Source: Candidatus Cloacimonadales bacterium (GTDB lineage Bacteria; Cloacimonadota; Cloacimonadia; Cloacimonadales; JAIOQZ01). Taken from it: a stretch of DNA of 64,000 nt. Shown piece by piece: positions 1 through 9,134 of the stretch. How positions within the stretch are numbered: position 1 is the first letter of the stretch; each line of letters begins with the position of its first letter. The notes below the pieces were generated by a model that was given only the letters and a program-made list of their open reading frames with translations, was not told the origin of the DNA and searched no databases. Made by a program: the position numbers and the translations under genes. The stretch covers positions 2,336,001 through 2,400,000 of the forward strand of contig CAXXTU010000002.1 of NCBI GenBank assembly GCA_963662655.2, given 5' to 3'.

Positions 1-3000
1 AGCGAAGCGAATCCCTGGCAGATCGCATCACATACCAATCTGCTTTGGATGAGTCTCAACCCGAACACTTTTGACGATTACTACATACAGATGGCCGATA
101 TCGACGCGACCGATACCCAGAACTGGTTCGATGGCGAGGGATTCCTGCCAATCGCTAACAACAGCCAGCGATTCACCGGAACCTACAATGGCGACGGTTA
201 TCAAATATCGAATCTGTACATAGATCGACCGGATCAACGGTATATTGGCCTTTTCGGGTTCACGGCAGCGGCAACGATCGATGATGTGCATCTCACCAAT
301 GTTTCGATTCACGGGCAATCAGCCGTCGGTGCATTGATCGGAGGCAAACGCAACGGCGATGTCGGCTCATGCTCTGCGACCGGCACACTGACCGTCGAAC
401 AGGATACTGGCGGTAATTCCTACGCAGGTGGTTTGATCGGACGGAACGAAGCGTTCGAATCGATCTCGTCGAACATCATCGAATGCTTCGCCGATGTCGA
501 TGTTACTGCGACAGGAGATTTTGTCGGAGGCCTGACCGGAAACAATCGCGCGGGATATCCCGGTTACGAAGGCGGAACGATCCTGATCGAGAACTGCTAT
601 GCACAAGGAGATGTGTCTGGAGACGAAAAGACCGGTGGTCTTATCGGTAACCAGGATGGAACCGACAGCGGGACCATCGAGGTGAATCATTGCTATTCAT
701 CCGGCGCAGTCACAGGAACCGGCGGTCTGATTGGAACCTGTACGCATGGCACCATAAACTCTTCATTCTGGGACACCGAGACCTCGGGACAAAGCTCCAG
801 CGCTGGCGGGACAGGACTCACCACAGCAGAGATGCAGAATTTCTTCACCTATATGGATTCCGGTTGGGACTTCATGGGTGAGTCTTTGAACGGAACAGAG
901 AATTACTGGGGATTGAATAGCGAAGAGAATGGCGGCTATCCATTCCTCGCATGGCAGGGATACAATAACGCACCCTTCGAGCAGCCCAATGGAGACGGCT
1001 CTGCATCGACGCCATGGGAAATCGCTACCTTTTCCAATCTCATGTGGATATCGACCAATAGCGCCGTATGGGACGATCATTTCATTCAGACGGACGATAT
1101 CGTTGCATACTCGACAAGGGATACGCTTGGTATCTCTCCCATCGGATCAAATTCCAACCCTTTCAGCGGCAATTACGATGGAGGCGGTCACACGATTACA
1201 GGTGTCGTAATCAACAAGCCAAATCGTGAATACGTCGGGCTTTTCGCCTATGCGCAAAACGCCCATCTGGAAGATATCCATCTTGTCGATGCGGACGTTA
1301 CCGGATTGAGGAATGTCGGAGGACTTGTCGGTATGTGTAAAAACACCGATATTCATAACTGCTCGACAACGGGAAGCGTAACGGTACCGCAAAACTTCGC
1401 CGGAGGATTGATCGGAGAGATCTATGCCACTGAGAACCATGAATGCAACATCACATCCTGTTTCGCGGATATGGAAACCAGTGCAGCCAATAACTACGCT
1501 GGTGGGCTTGCGGCAATACTAACTTCCGGTATCCTTTTCAGTGAAGGTGGAGACATCCTGATATCCAATTGCTACACCATTGGTTCCGTTACTGCACCGG
1601 AATATACTGGAGGATTGATCGGATGTATGCCCGAGTCGTCGGTGGATTGTGGTTATGTGCAAGTCTCCAATTCTTTCAGTGCGACGGAGGTAAACGGTAG
1701 CTCGCATCGTGGTGGATTGGTTGGGTATCGAAGTTACGGTTATATCGTTTCATCATTCTGGGACACCGAAGTCTCCGGCATGTCCTCCAGCGATGGCGGA
1801 ACCGGCCTCACCACGGCAGAGATGAGGGAAATCTCCACATACTTGGACGCCGGCTGGGACTTCATGGATGAAGAGGATAACGGAACGGACGATATCTGGG
1901 GTATCAATCCCGCTGAGAACAGCGGCTATCCCTTTCTCTCGTGGCAAGGATACGAGAATACCCCAGAGGCATATTTCACCGGCTCCGGAACCACCGAAGA
2001 TCCTTATCTTATCAGCAATTTACTACAACTAAACCACATATCGAACGATGACACCTTTTGGGACAAACATTTCGTGCAGGTGGCGGACATCGATGCAGCC
2101 GACACGCAAAACTGGTATGATGGCGCGGGATTCATACCGATCGGAAACAATTCCCATCGCTTTACCGGTAGCTATGACGGTGGCGGATACACCATTGACG
2201 GACTGACGATCAATTGCAGCAGCAGGGAATATGCAGGCCTTTTCGGATATACTGAATTCGCTGAGATCACAGATGTCCATCTTGAAAATGTCAGCATATT
2301 CGCAAAAAAATACGTAGGTGCATTGATTGGAAGGAATCGTTGCAGCAACGTAACGCAATGCTCCGCTACAATAACCGTAGCGGCAAATAGCCGTACATAT
2401 TCATATATAGGCGGACTGATAGGTGTTTGTGGAATTGGTTACCATGATCCTGGAATGCAAGTGACAGAATGCTGGACAAATGTTTCAATCTGCACTTTAG
2501 GCGGTTATTGTGGGGGATTGATTGGTGAGTTATTAAATGAAAATCTAGATGACAATTGTGTAAATATATCTAACTGCTACACGCAAGGCTCTGTCTCTGC
2601 CAATCGATTTGCGGCAGGATTAATCGGTAACGTTATTACAGCCATACACGAATCCTTCATGTTGGAGGATTGCTATTCATCATGCTATGTTGATCAAAAC
2701 CCATATAACGATGATTTCGGTGGACTAATCATGTCTTGGACGTCATGTATCGTCAATAACAGCTTCTGGGATATTGAAGCGTCGGGAATATCAACCAGCG
2801 CCGGTGGAACCGGCCTCACCACGGCAGAGATGCAGAATCCCCAAACCTACCTTGACGCAGGATGGGACTTTATGGACGAATCCTTTAACGGTACGAACGA
2901 TGTATGGGGGATCAATCCGGAGGAAAATGACGGCTATCCCTTCCTCGCGTGGCAGGGATACGAACATGTTAACGAATGGACTCCTGACGGTTTCGGTACC

Positions 3001-4251
3001 GAATCTGATCCCTATCAGATAGCCAATCTTACCAATCTTGCCTGGCTATCCGATCACAGCGATGAATGGGACAAACACTTCGTGCAGGTGGCAGACATCG
3101 ATGCAACTGAAACGCAAAACTGGTACGACGGCGCGGGATTCCTGCCAATCGGGAACGGTACCTATCAATTTACCGGCTGTTATGACGGTGCCGGATACGC
3201 CATCGAGGGACTTACCATCAACCGCAGCAATAAAACATACGCTGGTCTTTTCGGATATACGAGATTTGCTGATATCTCGAATATCCATCTTGAAAATGCC
3301 AATATATTCGCTAAAAAGTACATCGGCGCGATTATTGGCAAGGCTCGAAGCTGCAACGTAACACAATGCTCCGCTACCGGAACGGTTGATGGAAACGAAG
3401 CCACTCAAACTCATATTGGTGGATTGATTGGATATTGTTATCGTGAAGATGGTGATCCCGGAATCCAGATTATAGAATGCTGTACAAACATTTCCGCCAG
3501 TGCTTCAGGCAGGTTCTGCGGTGGGTTAATCGGACTAATATCCATCTATGTCAATGACGATATTGGCGTAACGATATCAAACTGCAGCGCTCAAGGTTCG
3601 GTTTCAGCCTTCATGCTGTATGCCGGACTTGTAGGGAGCGCTTATTCTTCCATGGGAGGATTGATGCTGGTGGAAAATTGCTATTCCTCATGCTATATTG
3701 AACAAAACAATCAAGAAGCGTGGGGAGGTCTAATAGCAGATTGTAATTACTGTGTTGTCAATAATTGCTTCTGGGATATTGAGGCGTCAGGAGTTGACCA
3801 CAGCGTTGGCGGTATCGGTCTCACCACCGCAGAAATGCATAATCCCCAAACCTACCTTGACGCCGGATGGGATTTCATGGATGAGACCCAGAACGGCACG
3901 AACGATATCTGGGGTATCAATCCAGATGAGAATGGCGGCTATCCCTTCCTCGCATGGCAGGGATACGAGAATATTCCACCGTCACCGGATGCACCGCAGG
4001 ATATCGTCCTGACGACCGATTCAACCAGCGTGACGATCACCTGGAGCCCCGTAACCGGCGCGACAAGCTACAGGGTTTTCTCCTGCGCCACACCGGACGG
4101 TGAATTTGTCGAAGATACGTCCGGCACATTCGAGAATGAATCCTGGATTGCACCGATGCCACGCGGAGGACGTTATTTCTACGTGAAAGCTGTTCGTGAA
4201 TCTTCACGTCGAAATGAAGCGCTTCAGCGACAAGGTTTAAGAGCAAATTAG
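1..4251 (+). CDS. GLUG-motif repeat surface protein (four ~330-aa modules) with FN3-like C-terminal domain; 5'-truncated by window edge
   Basis: Frame open from base 1 (SEANPWQIA...). Repeated G.G...PY.I, F.G.YDG.GY.I.GL.I, VGGLIG and SFWD.E.SG...S.GGTGLTTAEM...WDF...WGIN..EN.GYPFL.WQG blocks. Confidence 0.85.
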   Translation, partial: SEANPWQIASHTNLLWMSLNPNTFDDYYIQMADIDATDTQNWFDGEGFLPIANNSQRFTGTYNGDGYQISNLYIDRPDQRYIGLFGFTAAATIDDVHLTNVSIHGQSAVGALIGGKRNGDVGSCSATGTLTVEQDTGGNSYAGGLIGRNEAFESISSNIIECFADVDVTATGDFVGGLTGNNRAGYPGYEGGTILIENCYAQGDVSGDEKTGGLIGNQDGTDSGTIEVNHCYSSGAVTGTGGLIGTCTHGTINSSFWDTETSGQSSSAGGTGLTTAEMQNFFTYMDSGWDFMGESLNGTENYWGLNSEENGGYPFLAWQGYNNAPFEQPNGDGSASTPWEIATFSNLMWISTNSAVWDDHFIQTDDIVAYSTRDTLGISPIGSNSNPFSGNYDGGGHTITGVVINKPNREYVGLFAYAQNAHLEDIHLVDADVTGLRNVGGLVGMCKNTDIHNCSTTGSVTVPQNFAGGLIGEIYATENHECNITSCFADMETSAANNYAGGLAAILTSGILFSEGGDILISNCYTIGSVTAPEYTGGLIGCMPESSVDCGYVQVSNSFSATEVNGSSHRGGLVGYRSYGYIVSSFWDTEVSGMSSSDGGTGLTTAEMREISTYLDAGWDFMDEEDNGTDDIWGINPAENSGYPFLSWQGYENTPEAYFTGSGTTEDPYLISNLLQLNHISNDDTFWDKHFVQVADIDAADTQNWYDGAGFIPIGNNSHRFTGSYDGGGYTIDGLTINCSSREYAGLFGYTEFAEITDVHLENVSIFAKKYVGALIGRNRCSNVTQCSATITVAANSRTYSYIGGLIGVCGIGYHDPGMQVTECWTNVSICTLGGYCGGLIGELLNENLDDNCVNISNCYTQGSVSANRFAAGLIGNVITAIHESFMLEDCYSSCYVDQNPYNDDFGGLIMSWTSCIVNNSFWDIEASGISTSAGGTGLTTAEMQNPQTYLDAGWDFMDESFNGTNDVWGINPEENDGYPFLAWQGYEHVNEWTPDGFGTESDPYQIANLTNLAWLSDHSDEWDKHFVQVADIDATETQNWYDGAGFLPIGNGTYQFTGCYDGAGYAIEGLTINRSNKTYAGLFGYTRFADISNIHLENANIFAKKYIGAIIGKARSCNVTQCSATGTVDGNEATQTHIGGLIGYCYREDGDPGIQIIECCTNISASASGRFCGGLIGLISIYVNDDIGVTISNCSAQGSVSAFMLYAGLVGSAYSSMGGLMLVENCYSSCYIEQNNQEAWGGLIADCNYCVVNNCFWDIEASGVDHSVGGIGLTTAEMHNPQTYLDAGWDFMDETQNGTNDIWGINPDENGGYPFLAWQGYENIPPSPDAPQDIVLTTDSTSVTITWSPVTGATSYRVFSCATPDGEFVEDTSGTFENESWIAPMPRGGRYFYVKAVRESSRRNEALQRQGLRAN

Positions 4252-4464
4252 CAATAAAACCATACCGTTTTGGCCCGAGTCGAAGGATTCGGGCCTGAAT
4301 GGCTTAGGTTGCCCTTGCAGTTTCGTTGTCGTTGGTAATCTCACGTAATTTTGTCTGGTTTCATTCTTCGCCTGACTGCTCTTCCTGGTGACACTTCTAC
4401 TTGCCGGTTTATTCACTGCTGTGACTTAGAAGAAAGCGTTCGGAACGGTCATATCAATGTTGAC

Positions 4465-4510
4465 AACCCCATCCCCGGCCCTTCCCCTTCGCGCGAAGAG
4501 GAAGGGAGCA
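4465..4510. repeat. REP-like GC-rich palindrome
   Basis: ACCCCATCCCCGGCCCTTCCCCTTCGCGCGAAGAGGAAGGGAG; stem CCCTTCC-CTTC/GAAG-GGAAGGG. Confidence 0.45.
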
Positions 4511-4605
4511 GAGAGGCTGCGTCTGCTGTCTGAATCAGCAACTGTGTGCCCGTCAAGTTTGAAATAGGGAAAATTCCTGCTTCCGTTTTCCGTGGATAAA
4601 TGCTT

Positions 4606-4695
4606 AAATTTGTCTGAAGTGAACACAATCCACATTACGATTAGAAAACCAGTCACTTTGTGGTTTTTCAGGAGATGTGGATTGTGGACAAATTT
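4606..4695. mobile_element. 90-bp inverted-repeat element (MITE or IS-end-like)
   Basis: AAATTTGTC/GACAAATTT termini; CACAATCCACAT (4624-4635)/ATGTGGATTGTG (4675-4686); inner AAAACCA/TGGTTTT; abuts the truncation point of the FGE fragment. Confidence 0.4.
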
Positions 4696-4920
4696 CTCGT
4701 AGTAGTTGATATCCCACCAGTCCCAGCACCACTCAAACACATTCCCGCTCTGGTCATATGTCCCAATACCGTTTGCCTGCTTCTCGCCTACGGGATGAGT
4801 ATGATCGCTGGAGTTCGAGCTATACCACGCCACGTCATCGATGTTGTTGCTCCCGGCATACGTGTAGTCCGGCGTGTTGGTAGCACCGCGAGCACTGTAT
4901 TCCCATTCGGCTTCGGTGGG
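4696..4920 (-). pseudogene. Internal fragment of a formylglycine-generating-enzyme (FGE/SUMF1) domain gene
   Basis: PTEAEWEYSARG...YAGSNNIDDVAWY...THPVGEKQANGIGTYDQSGNVFEWCWDW; both ends missing. Confidence 0.85.
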
Positions 4921-5627
4921 TTGGGCGATGTGAATGAGGATAGCATGACCGCGATCGGTTGCAGACTTTGGCGGGGTGGCGAAACGATTCACTGGGACAG
5001 GTATGGACATTTCGAATATTACTCTTCTTTTCACCCTTCTTATGGTGACTTGAATGCAGACGGGAAAGGAGATATTGTAAAACCGTATCATATTCCGATG
5101 CAGGGAGCTGGAGGAATCCTTTACATGTACCTTGGCAATTAAAATGGAACGTGGGATTACAATCAAGGCAATTCAGCAGAGGGATATGGGATTGCCTATT
5201 CCCATGCCGTTGGCGATTTCGATCATGACGGTTTCGACGATATTGCAGTAGGTACGTATGGAAATGGCAGCAACTATAATACAAACTGGGGATATATTTA
5301 CGTTTATGGCGGACATGTGGATATCGAAGAGGTGGATACCGATGATACGAGCGACGAGTCAGTTCCACCTTCAGATATTACTTTCAATACTTACCCGAAT
5401 CCGTTCAATCCGGAGATATCGTTCGAGTTAATGAGCGACAAAACTACAGAGATTTGAGGATAGAGATTTTCAATGTAAAGGGGTAAAAAATCGAAACTAT
5501 TCCCATTAGGACAACGCGAGAGACCATCAGTTGGGATGCTGGTGCGCAAGCAAGTGGCGTCTATTTATGTGAACTCAATGCCGGAAGTTAAAAACTACAG
5601 ACAAGGAAGGTGACGATGATTAAGTAG
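4918..5627 (+). pseudogene. Degraded FG-GAP repeat protein with FlgD/T9SS-like C-terminal domain
   Basis: GDLNADGKGDIV, AVGDFDHDGFDDIAVG, YPNPFNPE, IFNVKG*KI, ASGVYL, RKVTMIK*; several in-frame TAA stops and a frameshift near 5455. Confidence 0.85.
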
Positions 5628-5792
5628 TTGAAGCATCTCCCTGTACCCGGAGCTTTGCCTTGTGTACATGGTTGAGATTCTTTCGTTCGTCTTTGATTCT
5701 GGTTTATCATATTACTGACAAAATAGTGCAAAAACTGGCAAGCTACTTGTCATTCTTCGCGGATTTTTGTCAGTTGCAATCAGATATAAAAG

Positions 5793-5820
5793 AAAGGCTC
5801 CGAATCACTTCGGAGCCTTT
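5793..5820 (-). terminator. Intrinsic terminator downstream of tRNA-Thr
   Basis: AAAGGCTCCGAA/TTCGGAGCCTTT stem with T-rich tail on the minus strand. Confidence 0.7.
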
Positions 5821-5849
5821 TATAGCGGGGTTTTACGCCCACTCTATAC

Positions 5850-5925
5850 TGGAGCTAAAAGGGGGATTCGAACCCCCGACCTGCTGATTACGAATCAGCT
5901 GCTCTACCAACTGAGCTATTTCAGC
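5850..5925 (-). tRNA. tRNA-Thr(CGU)
   Basis: Reverse complement GCTGAAATAGCTCAGTTGGTAGAGCAGCTGATT-CGT-AATCAGCAGGTCGGGGGTTCGAATCCCCCTTTTAGCTCCA; cloverleaf, TTCGAA T-loop, encoded CCA. Confidence 0.97.
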
Positions 5926-5928
5926 TTC

Positions 5929-6627
5929 TTATTTGTATCCTTCAACAAGGACCGGAAGTCCTGCTGACGTGAAATCAAAAACTGTTCGATTGAGTTTCTT
6001 GTCAAGTTCTTCGATTGAAGCTTCGCCATCCGAGCAAATTATTTCGTAAAAACCGGGGGCTACAACCTCGATGTAGGTAGGCATATTTTCTTGCAGCGTA
6101 GATGGATACCAGAACCCGACGCCATCCAGCATGATCTCGTCGTTGGAGACACTAATCGTCTCGAGCATGTCGTTCAATTTCAGATTATACTTCATCTCGA
6201 CCGTCACGGGATTGTTGCCGCTTGGAACGTCGCTGAAATCGAGCGAGTACAGCCTCGCGTACTTGCCGATCCGCAGCCAGTCGTCCTGGGAAAGGTTCTC
6301 GCCGAAATCTTCGCGATAGATTTTTAGGACTTCCTGGGCCTCAACTTTTTCACCGTTGATCTGAACACTTTCAAGATACATATATTGATTCAGCAGGAAC
6401 CGGCTCGTCGGGGAGTCGATAAATGCGCTGCGATCCACTTTCAGCGTTGCCTGAAAGAAAAGCAGATTACCCGTGGGCTGTACGGTAGCGGTGAAAGCTC
6501 GTTCCAGCACCGGCATAAGGAATGAAACCTTCTTCTCGGTCTTATTTCCTGCACAGGATAACAGAATCATGGCAACCAGAATCATTGAGAAAATCTTCTT
6601 TATCACTTTCTTACTCCTTAATCTCAA
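5929..6627 (-). CDS. Hypothetical lipoprotein
   Basis: Basic N-terminus, hydrophobic stretch, LLSC lipobox; WYP motif reminiscent of M1 peptidase N-domains; stop 3 nt before the tRNA. Confidence 0.65.
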   Translation of the reverse strand: MRLRSKKVIKKIFSMILVAMILLSCAGNKTEKKVSFLMPVLERAFTATVQPTGNLLFFQATLKVDRSAFIDSPTSRFLLNQYMYLESVQINGEKVEAQEVLKIYREDFGENLSQDDWLRIGKYARLYSLDFSDVPSGNNPVTVEMKYNLKLNDMLETISVSNDEIMLDGVGFWYPSTLQENMPTYIEVVAPGFYEIICSDGEASIEELDKKLNRTVFDFTSAGLPVLVEGYK

Positions 6628-6863
6628 ACGTATAGATTTTTCCGCTCCAGTTTTCCGTCAACTTATTTATCAGTAATGACAGTGTTTACCATGACATTCT
6701 GCCGGCGTATCGACATTTTCTTGGTCGAAAAAAAGAACATGCGAAAAATGTCTTGACGATGTTCATTCCCGCCAGAAATTGCACGAATTTCCTGATTGAT
6801 TTTCGTGGACAAATTGATCATGATAAAGATAGTGAATCATATAAACTCACAATGGGAGGAAGG

Positions 6864-9134
6864 ATGGCAGAACCCATCAAAGAGGTGTTTTATATCGTCC
6901 ATCTCGAGGACGATCAGAAAGACAGGAACGAATTCAAACGCGTTTTCCCCTGGATCGAAACTCGCTTAAACAAATTCTTTTTCGACCACTTCAGCTTCAA
7001 GAATATCATACCGGGACGCCCCGATTTCACACCCATGCTGGAATTCAAGCTGGTGCAATTCAAATCGATACGGGACTTTCTCGACGGAATATATCCGGAA
7101 AACCAGTTGACCGAGACCAGCTCGAAAATCCTCTTCTTCGTTATGGACTATGTTATCCAGCGCGAAGACCTGGTCATGGAAAACCTACCCATCGCGAAGG
7201 TCGCAGGGATGAATTTCGCCGACTGGCTGGACAGCATCTTCCCGCATATACCGGTCATTTTACTCGCTAACGAGGATGAATCGGAAGACGTCCCCGAGCG
7301 CTGGGGCGTGATTCCCCAGGACATCTTCTCCAACATGACGGAGCTGAGCAAGGAATTCAACCTCTACTTCAACGAGTGGTGGGGCGCTTCTTTCTGGAGA
7401 GAGCTGAGACATTACGCGTTCGAGGAAGGCTCTAAATCATGGCACACTCCCGGCCATAACGGAGGGAACGCTTTCCTCCGCTCGCAATTCCAGAAAGCAT
7501 TCTATTACACGTTCGATCACGCGATCTTCGAGACCGATCTGAGCGTCTCCGTCGATCGCCTGGGCGACCTCTCCGAACCGGATTACCGATCCCGCGACTA
7601 CGATCAGCCCGGACTCAAGCCGCTGCAGCGCTCGCAGATCAGGGCCGCGAACATCTTCGGCGCGGAAAACACCTTTTACATGACCAACGGCACCTCCTCC
7701 TCCAACAAGGCCATGCTCATGACTTTGCTGCACCCGGGAGAAGTGGTTCTGCTGGATCGAAACTGTCATAAATCCGTTCACCAGGCGGTGGTGATGTCCG
7801 GCGCGCTGCCTCTGTACCTCGAACCGGAGTACAACGAAGCGCTCGGCGTATGGACGCCCGTCGATTTGCCGACGCTTCAGTCCTTCATCACGCGGGACTA
7901 CCCCGAATCGCTGAAGCCGCGCATGCTCATCCTCACCACATGCACCTACGAAGGCGTGCTGTACCCGATCCACAGAATCGCAAAGCTCTGCGAGGAATAC
8001 GGAATCGTTTTTTACGCGGATGAGGCCTGGGCACCGTACCTTCGTTTTCACCCCTATTACACCGCGAAAGACACCTATCGAGAGGCCGACGGAACCGAGA
8101 ACCAGTTCATTACTCGCTATAACGGCTGCGACGCCGGCGCGCACTTCACCGTCCAATCGACACACAAAGCGCTTGCCGCGTTCAGCCAGGCTTCCATGAT
8201 CCATATCTCCAGTTCCTTCCGCGCATTGCTGGAAAGGGACCAGAGCCCGCAATGGGACTGGCTCCGCGAGCGAAACTCGTTCCGTGGTAAAGGCTCCTAC
8301 GAGAAGTTCTGCCACGACCTTGTGGAGAACCTCCGCTACTGGCATTCCACTTCGCCGAACTACCCGATGCTCGCCACGCTGGATATGGCCGGGCTCCAGA
8401 TGCGCCTGGAGGGCCTCAGTCTGCTGGAGAAACGTCATCGTTGGATCCAGAAATTCAAGCAGGATCTCGCTCAGATTTCTCCGGACAGCGTTGTGAACCT
8501 CATCGACATCATCGGCGACGAAAATGTCGATCGCTACCCCGGATACATGAAAGACCCGCTCAAACTCATCATCGGCGTTCAGGACGAAGAATGCGGGGAT
8601 GAGCTGAAAAAAATCCTGGAGCGCGAGCACATCCAGTGGGAGAAAAGCTCCCGAGGCTGCATCGAGTTCCTCATCACGATCGGCACCTACAACGACCACC
8701 TTCAGAAGCTCTTCGAGATCATCAATAAAAACCGCGATCTCCTCGGCTATCCCGACATCCCCCTGAACTACGACGGCGAGAGCGTGGAATTCAATCGAGA
8801 GATCGCCCGAAGCCGAACCCTGATATTACCGATGGACGCCGCTTCCTGCGATGGAGAGCTTGTAGCGCTGGGTGAATCGACCGGAAGAATCGGCGCTCAG
8901 ATGCTGGTTCCCTACCCTCCGGGCATACCGGTAATCCTTCCCGGTTTGCAGATTACGCAGAGCGTGGTAGATTATGTCCGAAGCCTGATATCTCAGGGAC
9001 TCGGAGGAAGTATCCACGGGCTTTTCACCGACCGCGGGAAGCATTTCGTCAAGGTTATGAGGAAGAAAGAGGTTGACGTCTCGTGGGCGCGGATTGAAAC
9101 GTACAGGAACTACATTAAAGAACAAGGATTATAA
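6864..9134 (+). CDS. Orn/Lys/Arg decarboxylase (PLP fold type I) with N-terminal receiver-like wing domain
   Basis: HTPGHNGG, TNGTSSSNK, DRNCHKS, DEAW, QSTHK (PLP Lys), STSP.YP, PYPPGIP; N-terminal IVHLEDD...VMDY...IPVILL; ATG 6864 follows GGAGG. Confidence 0.92.
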   Translation: MAEPIKEVFYIVHLEDDQKDRNEFKRVFPWIETRLNKFFFDHFSFKNIIPGRPDFTPMLEFKLVQFKSIRDFLDGIYPENQLTETSSKILFFVMDYVIQREDLVMENLPIAKVAGMNFADWLDSIFPHIPVILLANEDESEDVPERWGVIPQDIFSNMTELSKEFNLYFNEWWGASFWRELRHYAFEEGSKSWHTPGHNGGNAFLRSQFQKAFYYTFDHAIFETDLSVSVDRLGDLSEPDYRSRDYDQPGLKPLQRSQIRAANIFGAENTFYMTNGTSSSNKAMLMTLLHPGEVVLLDRNCHKSVHQAVVMSGALPLYLEPEYNEALGVWTPVDLPTLQSFITRDYPESLKPRMLILTTCTYEGVLYPIHRIAKLCEEYGIVFYADEAWAPYLRFHPYYTAKDTYREADGTENQFITRYNGCDAGAHFTVQSTHKALAAFSQASMIHISSSFRALLERDQSPQWDWLRERNSFRGKGSYEKFCHDLVENLRYWHSTSPNYPMLATLDMAGLQMRLEGLSLLEKRHRWIQKFKQDLAQISPDSVVNLIDIIGDENVDRYPGYMKDPLKLIIGVQDEECGDELKKILEREHIQWEKSSRGCIEFLITIGTYNDHLQKLFEIINKNRDLLGYPDIPLNYDGESVEFNREIARSRTLILPMDAASCDGELVALGESTGRIGAQMLVPYPPGIPVILPGLQITQSVVDYVRSLISQGLGGSIHGLFTDRGKHFVKVMRKKEVDVSWARIETYRNYIKEQGL

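Noticed and set aside
4696..4920. DGR template repeat, since FGE/CLec domains are common DGR targets
   Set aside because: The fragment is not the C-terminal variable region, and there is no TR/VR pair or RT in the window.
4426..5166. 246-aa minus-strand ORF as a real gene
   Set aside because: It is a chance read-through of antisense FG-GAP sequence, the FGE fragment and repeat elements.
5140..5600. TAA stop-codon recoding (for example KG*KI where Gln is expected)
   Set aside because: The same region also has a frameshift, and TAA terminates many intact genes; ordinary pseudogenisation explains it.
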